Below, in pieces: positions 63,506 to 64,000 of a stretch of DNA of 64,000 bases; position 1 is the stretch's first letter, and every line of letters begins with the position of its first letter. Made by a program: the position numbers and the translations under genes. The DNA lies in assembly GCA_012514745.1 (NCBI GenBank), contig JAAYZR010000010.1, forward strand, positions 1,401 through 65,400, in the 5' to 3' direction. The stretch comes from Candidatus Undivivens industriae (lineage in GTDB: Bacteria > Omnitrophota > Gorgyraeia > Gygaellales > Profunditerraquicolaceae). A model generated the notes under the pieces. It did no database searches. It was given only the letters and a program-made list of their open reading frames with translations, and had not been told where the DNA came from.

Positions 63506-63534
63506 TTGCCAAGGGAACCCGTATTTGCTATGAT
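63506..63534 (+). promoter_or_regulatory. Putative lpxB promoter
   Basis: TTGCCA-17 nt-TATGAT with TGn. Confidence 0.5.
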
Positions 63535-63584
63535 AATGCTCGTCTTAACCGATAATGTCATAACACCGACCGCAGCGCCTTATA

Positions 63585-64000
63585 ATGAAAAACACCTCTC
63601 CCAGAATACTGGTCGTCTCCGGAGAAGCATCCGGAGATATGTACGCAGCCGAGCTTATCAAGGAGATCCGCAAACATCTCCCTTCCACCCATTTCTACGG
63701 ACTGGGAGGAGAGAAGTCCAGGCTTGCCGGCATGGAAATCATCGCGGAAATGACCGCTCTCTCCGTAGTGGGCTTTGCGGAAGTATTACAAAAACTGCAC
63801 AAAATCAAAGCCGTTTTTAATAAAATCCTCTCTGTCTCCTCCTCCCTGCGCCCTGATGCCGCCATACTTATAGACTACCCCGGGTTCAATCTAAGACTGG
63901 CGGCTAAACTGAAAAAAATCGGTATCCCGGTCATTTATTACGTCAGTCCGCAGATATGGGCGTGGGGAGCCGGCCGCATAAAAACCATCCGCCGCAACGT
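63585..64000 (+). CDS. lpxB: Lipid-A-disaccharide synthase, 5' part (runs off window end; absent from the ORF track)
   Basis: Manual translation gives MKNTSPRILVVSGEASGDMY...GLGG...SVVGFAEV...IDYPGFNLRLA...YYVSPQIWAWG. Confidence 0.95.
   Translation, partial: MKNTSPRILVVSGEASGDMYAAELIKEIRKHLPSTHFYGLGGEKSRLAGMEIIAEMTALSVVGFAEVLQKLHKIKAVFNKILSVSSSLRPDAAILIDYPGFNLRLAAKLKKIGIPVIYYVSPQIWAWGAGRIKTIRRN

Overview
Core-genome window of a moderately GC-rich bacterium. The gene set and order (short EF-Ts, PurS-fused PurL, split CarB, lpxB/msbA) would fit a PVC-group organism such as Ca. Omnitrophota, but that placement is inference only. Almost all genes are on the minus strand. They comprise a purine/one-carbon cluster (purB-purL-LOG-purQ-purF-purM-SPFH-purD-purE-tsaC/LMW-PTP fusion-rpiB-glyA), cspA, a GH1-patatin-lipoprotein-NSS transporter operon, pyrG-carA-carB(N-half only), an FMN glutamate-synthase-family gene, a mixed cstA..methionine-synthase-like cluster, malQ, ilvD-ilvB-ilvN-ilvC-leuA-aroE-pilD, a PTS/metK/ahcY/pfkA/fba cluster, four tRNAs, rpsB-tsf-pyrH-frr, msbA and a partial lpxB. 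No CRISPR array, prophage or transposase was seen. The most interesting signals are non-coding: (i) a ~190-240 bp multi-hairpin direct repeat with compensatory changes on both sides of msbA; (ii) a self-contained promoter-to-terminator ~105-nt RNA that carries both a Shine-Dalgarno and an anti-SD sequence; (iii) ANTAR-type hairpins overlapping terminators in the leaders of pyrG-carAB and the glutamate synthase-like gene; (iv) a c-di-GMP-I riboswitch with its own promoter that appears cut off from downstream genes; (v) a MITE-like element and several short dispersed intergenic repeats. All calls were made by eye, with no database searches.
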